NCBI GenBank assembly: GCA_002269645.1
Contig: NIVC01001526.1
Coordinates: 124,001-188,000, forward strand
Source of the DNA: Macrostomum lignano
Lineage: Eukaryota
DNA length: 64,000 nt
Direction of reading: 5' to 3'
In this document: piece after piece, positions 58,931 through 64,000 of the stretch
How the letters are laid out: every line of letters starts with the position of its first letter
Position numbering within the stretch: position 1 is the stretch's first letter
Program-made: the position numbers and the translations under genes
The notes under the pieces: model-generated
Seen by the model: only the letters and a program-made list of their open reading frames with translations
Databases searched by the model: none
Told to the model about the DNA's origin: nothing

Positions 58931-61900
58931 ATGGATCAATTCAGACAGGATTCTCTTCAAATGTTGTCGGATAGACTGCAGCAGTTAAGTGATATATCAT
59001 CTAGGTTTGATGCTCTTACTAAGGAAACAGAAGGGAAGCTTCACAATGTGATTGAAACAGCTAATGTTCTGCAGCAGAAAATGTCTCCAATTAACGAACA
59101 AATGGAGAGCCTTCGTGCAAAGAGAAAGGGTAATGTTGAAATTAAAAGCTAAATTAATTTTATTAACTATTATTTGTGCTTATTCAATGTAGTTGTTGTT
59201 AAAAGAGCTCTGGTATCACATTTAGCAGAATAAATATAGCAAATAGGAATACCTAGATACTTATGTCAGTCCTAATAAATTTGTCATTGACAAATAAGTC
59301 ATTAGACTATAGATATTTCTATCTATAGCTTTTTTGACACTTAACCTTAAGCTTAACTAGACTCCTAGATGTCATAGAGCTGGGGGCATTAAAAATTTTG
59401 CTGCTGGCTATTACATGTGCAAGAATGCAGCTATGAATAGTGTTCTGCATATAGTGCAGAACTTTTTAGTGGCACTTAATGCCTATCAGCTTGATTGTAT
59501 TTTGACTATTTTCTCATCTCCTCTCTTGAGTCTCTCCCTTTTTTATTTCTTCCCTCCCCTCTTTTCTCTTCTTCCTCCCCCCTTTCTCCTGTCTCTCTTC
59601 TTTCTCCTTTTTCATCTCTCCTCCTCTCTGCTTTCCTCCCTTTTCTCACTTATCTCCTTTTGCCTCTTCTCCCCTTTTTCTTTCCTTTTTCCTTTCTCAT
59701 ATCTTTCCTTGCAATGTTTATAACATACATGCGCAACAGTCTGCCAAGTCGGCCAATCTGGCTGACCAATTTGGCGGCCAACCAAGGAAGTCGCAAAAAT
59801 TCCCACCCAAAAAGCACCCAAGTAATAGTACTAAGTAGCTGATAAGACATTTTGGCTTAATAAAACAGTTATAGTTACTCCTGCCATTTACCCAAAGTTG
59901 TGTTGATTTTGCTTTTGGGTTTTTTTATATGTAAGTCACATTTTTGGCCAAAAAGTATGTCGCATTTTTGTTAAAACTAAGTTGCATGGCCGACCGAAAT
60001 TTGGGGGTTGTGCATATATGGTTTATAAGTAACAAAAGTAGCAAAATATCTAATGCTTAGCAAGATCTTCTGTGACAACAATGGCTTAGTTGTAAGTTGG
60101 TTGCCAAGATTATTAGGCAACAAAAGCCTCTATTTGTTTGAAATATTGCTTTCTTTGTTGGAAGCAAATGCTAAATGGCTTTCTTATTGGCTCCATTCAT
60201 CTTAACTTTAGCCCCTACCATCCTAGACTTGCATATAGCATCAAAAATCTATGTTGCTTGAGTCCCCAACCCTAGGGACTTAGTAACTCCTTTGCATTAT
60301 AAGTAAAATCATTCATCTTAACTTTAACCCCTATAATCACAACCAAAATATGCATGAATTATCAAATATCTCTGTTGCTTGAGTTCCCAACCCCAAGCTA
60401 AAAGCTCCTTTCACATTGAAAGTGAAAAAAATTCTCTTAAAATTAGACCTTACTATCCTTACTATACAATGGGTATATTGTATTGAAAATCTTTGTTGCT
60501 TAAGTCCTCAACCCTAGTGACTTCAAAGCTCACCACATATAAGCTTTGAAACTGGGAATATTCATTCATTTCTAAAAAAATTCTAATGCTCTATCCCTAC
60601 CCATCAAACCAATGGCTCCAATGGTCTTCTAAGTTAAGTTTCCTAAGATGCAAGAACTAAATATGGGAAATATATGTTTTGTAACCATATTTATAACTTC
60701 TTGTAGCCATATCCATAGCTAAAACAAAACTATTATCTATTATCTTAAAAGCTAATTACTTTGTCTATTACTAAGAATTTATGTAGATTGTAAATAGTGT
60801 TCTATGTAGACAAAGAAGTCAATTGGTGCATTTGCATGCACTGGTTCAAAGTATAGCTTCCTTCTGAGCAATGCAAAAAGTGGCACATATTAAAGCAAAC
60901 ATAAACAACCAAGATATGTAGACTGGGGCATGTTTCATGAATCTTTCAATTATTGCTCTTTTTTCCTAGTTTCAAATTTTTTCTTATGTATTTTAACACG
61001 CAAATAAGTCTTAAGTTTTTTATTTTTAAATATTTTTATTAAATATGCAAAAAATACATAAGTTTTAATTTAAAAAAAAAATTAACATAGGTAAAGAACC
61101 TTACTCATATTGTTAACATTGACTTGCAAATATATATTCTTTGTGTAATGCTAAGACTTCTGAACTTAATATAGATGTTTCTAATATAAGTAATATATAA
61201 CATTTTACAAAATTTTAGGCTATGACTCATGCAGGCTTTTTCTTAAGCAGACCAGCTCTTATCAAGACACTACAGAAAAGTATATTCAAGAGCTAAAACA
61301 GTCAAAGTAAGCAAGTTTAAAAATATTTTAAATGAAGTATATTTTATAATACTAAATATTTAATATAAAATTGTTTAAAATAACTCTAGAATAAGCAATG
61401 TTGAAGACTATGTTGCCTCGCTTGTCAAGGCAAAAGAATCTCTGGATTTCTTTGCAACCTATCTGCCACAGGAGAAAAATGCAGAAAATCTTGTAAGTAG
61501 ATGTTGTTCCCTACAATTTGAAACCTAGTTTGTTATATATAATTTTACATTAATTTTTAACTTTCTTTTGTACAGCAATATATCATCACTGAAGGCTCAA
61601 AAGGTCTGCGAGACAAATTTAAAGAACTTCTAACCTCAATAACTTATTCTGAGCGACTGCAGCCAGATAAGTGTCTCAGTCTAGCTGGAGTGGGCGCTGT
61701 GAATTTGAAAGGTTTGCTAATATTTTTCTTTTTATAACTTTAAATTTTACCAAAGGACCTGACCTGATTAGATGTACATAGCAACTGTTGGGTCGGGTTA
61801 AAAAACTTTCTAGGCGCACTGTGGAGTGACCAGATTCAGGTTGGAATAAAGCACTCTGAAGTGACCAGATTCAGATTCGAATAAAGCACTCTGAAGTGAC

Positions 61901-62140
61901 CAGATTCAGATAGGAACGGTGGCACACCTATAAGTGGTCAAGTGCGATAATCCAAAAAGGTACTTACAAAACTATACTGGCATATTTTATAATTGTAGAA
62001 TTTCTTCCGAAATTCAGCGAGAAGCAACTGCAAGAGCTGCGCATCATCACAGACTGGCTGGATAGCCAGGGCAAGACTGCTGAGTACAGTCAGGTCTATG
62101 TTGAAGTTCGGTCTCTGTCGCTATGCTCATCGCTGAAAAA
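58931..62140 (+). CDS. EXOC7: Exocyst component 7 (Exo70)-like, 5' part; join(58931..59129,61219..61306,61390..61492,61576..61711,61999..62140), continues beyond the window
   Basis: Phase-consistent exons (1,2,0,1,2). N-terminal coiled-coil-like segment, then DTTEKYIQE..NVEDYVASLVKAKESLDFF..EGSKGLRDKFKELLT..LQELRIITDWL..YSQVYVEVRS. This aligns by eye with my recollection of EXOC7 (DTEKIIRE..RLEEYLGSMAKIQKAVEYF..RGKEALESEFRSLMT..LQDVIRISRWL..FMNVYYQIRS). Divergent. Confidence 0.8.
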
Positions 62141-62170
62141 GTAAGAGATACGTTCTGCATTGTTAAGATA

Positions 62171-64000
62171 GAAGCTAATCATGATGAGACTAGTGCTCAA
62201 GATGGAAGCTAATCATGATGAGACTAGTGCTCAAGATGGAAGCTAATCATGATGAGACTAGTGCTCAAGATGGAAGCCAATCATAATGAGACTAGTGCTC
62301 AAGATGGAAGCTAATCATGATGAGACTAGTGCTCAAGATGGAAGCTAATCATGATGAGACTAGTGCTCAAGATGGAAGCTAATCATGATGAGACTAGTGC
62401 TCAAGATGGAAGCTAATCATGATGAGACTAGTGCTCAAGATGGAAGCTAATCATGATGAGACTAGTGCTCAAGATGGAAGCCAAGCATGATGAGACTAGT
62501 GCTCAAGATGGAAGCCAATCATAATGAGACTAGTGCTCAAGATGGAAGCTAATCATGATGAGACTAGTGCTCAAGATGGAAGCTAATCATGATGAGACTA
62601 GTGCTCAAGATGGAAGCTAATCATGATGAGACTAGTGCTCAAGATGGAAGCTAATCATGATGAGACTAGTGCTCAAGATGGAAGCTAATCATGATGAGAC
62701 TAGTGCTCAAGATGGAAGCTAATCATGATGAGACTAGTGCTCAAGATGGAAGCTAATCATGATGAGACTAGTGCTCAAGATGGAGGCTAATCATGATGAG
62801 ACTAGTGCTCAAGATGGAAGCCAAGCATGATGAGACTAGTGCTCAAGATGGAAGCCAAGCATGATGAGACTAGTGCTCAAGATGGAAGCCAATCATAATG
62901 AGACTAGTGCTCAAGATGGAAGCCAAGCATGATGAGACTAGTGCTCAAGATGGAAGCTAATCATGATGAGACTAGTGCTCAAGATGGAAGCTAATCATGA
63001 TGAGACTAGTGCTCAAGATGGAAGCTAATCATGATGAGACTAGTGCTCAAGATGGAAGCTAATCATGATGAGACTAGTGCTCAAGATGGAAGCCAAGCAT
63101 GATGAGACTAGTGCTCAAGATGGAAGCCAATCATAATGAGACTAGTGCTCAAGATGGAAGCTAATCATGATGAGACTAGTGCTCAAGATGGAAGCTAATC
63201 ATGATGAGACTAGTGCTCAAGATGGAAGCTAATCATGATGAGACTAGTGCTCAAGATGGAAGCTAATCATGATGAGACTAGTGCTCAAGATGGAAGCTAA
63301 TCATGATGAGACTAGTGCTCAAGATGGAAGCTAATCATGATGAGACTAGTGCTCAAGATGGAAGCTAATCATGATGAGACTAGTGCTCAAGATGGAGGCT
63401 AATCATGATGAGACTAGTGCTCAAGATGGAAGCCAAGCATGATGAGACTAGTGCTCAAGATGGAAGCCAAGCATGATGAGACTAGTGCTCAAGATGGAAG
63501 CCAATCATAATGAGACTAGTGCTCAAGATGGAAGCCAAGCATGATGAGACTAGTGCTCAAGATGGAAGCTAATCATGATGAGACTAGTGCTCAAGATGGA
63601 AGCTAATCATGATGAGACTAGTGCTCAAGATGGAAGCTAATCATGATGAGACTAGTGCTCAAGATGGAAGCTAATCATGATGAGACTAGTGCTCAAGATG
63701 GAAGCTAATCATGATGAGACTAGTGCTCAAGATGGAAGCCAAGCATGATAAGACTAGTGCTCAAGATGGAAGCTAATCATGATGAGACTAGTGCTCAAGA
63801 TGGAAGCTAATCATGATGAGACTAGTGCTCAAGATGGAAGCCAAGCATGATAAGACTAGTGCTCAAGATGGAAGCTAATCATGATGAGACTAGTGCTCAA
63901 GATGGAAGCTAATCATGATGAGACTAGTGCTCAAGATGGAAGCTAATCATGATGAGACTAGTGCTCAAGATGGAGGCTAATCATGATGAGACTAGTGCTC
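62171..64000 (+). repeat. 34-bp minisatellite (gaagctaatcatgatgagactagtgctcaagatg), continues past the window
   Basis: Period 34; begins 30 nt after the Exo70 donor at 62141. Confidence 0.97.

Noticed and set aside
61814-61839. 26-nt AG/GT-bounded microexon in an Exo70 intron
   Set aside because: The flanking exons already join in phase (1/1); inclusion would frameshift, and the donor GTTGGA is poor.

Overview
Animal (invertebrate-type) genomic DNA, AT-rich, intron-rich and full of tandem repeats, so the ORF track is mostly repeat artefact. I rebuilt three spliced genes by hand from GT-AG boundaries and phase. (1) On +, about 3.9-31.9 kb: a Cys-less ('Pro-loop', GLIC-like) pentameric ligand-gated ion channel. 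(2) On -, 40.0-57.2 kb: a complete CaMKII. (3) On +, from 58.9 kb and running off the window: an Exo70/EXOC7-like gene, head-to-head with CaMKII. The most striking signals are these. The channel has two tandem 156-nt paralogous exons encoding M1-M2 and the M2-M3 loop, which swap pore residues (2' Gln vs Arg). The channel has no visible signal peptide, no Cys-loop disulfide and a long polybasic post-M4 tail, which raises an inverted-topology hypothesis. CaMKII has a duplicated, frame-enforced mutually exclusive exon pair encoding the DFG motif and activation segment, plus several candidate linker cassettes including a 9-nt microexon. Also present: a hAT-type MITE enclosing a ~4.6-kb (GGAGA)n array just upstream of the channel's alternative exons, a tRNA-headed SINE, a decayed intron-containing P-element transposase, and a different private minisatellite in almost every large intron. 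All gene models are manual and need RNA-seq confirmation. The species cannot be determined from the sequence.
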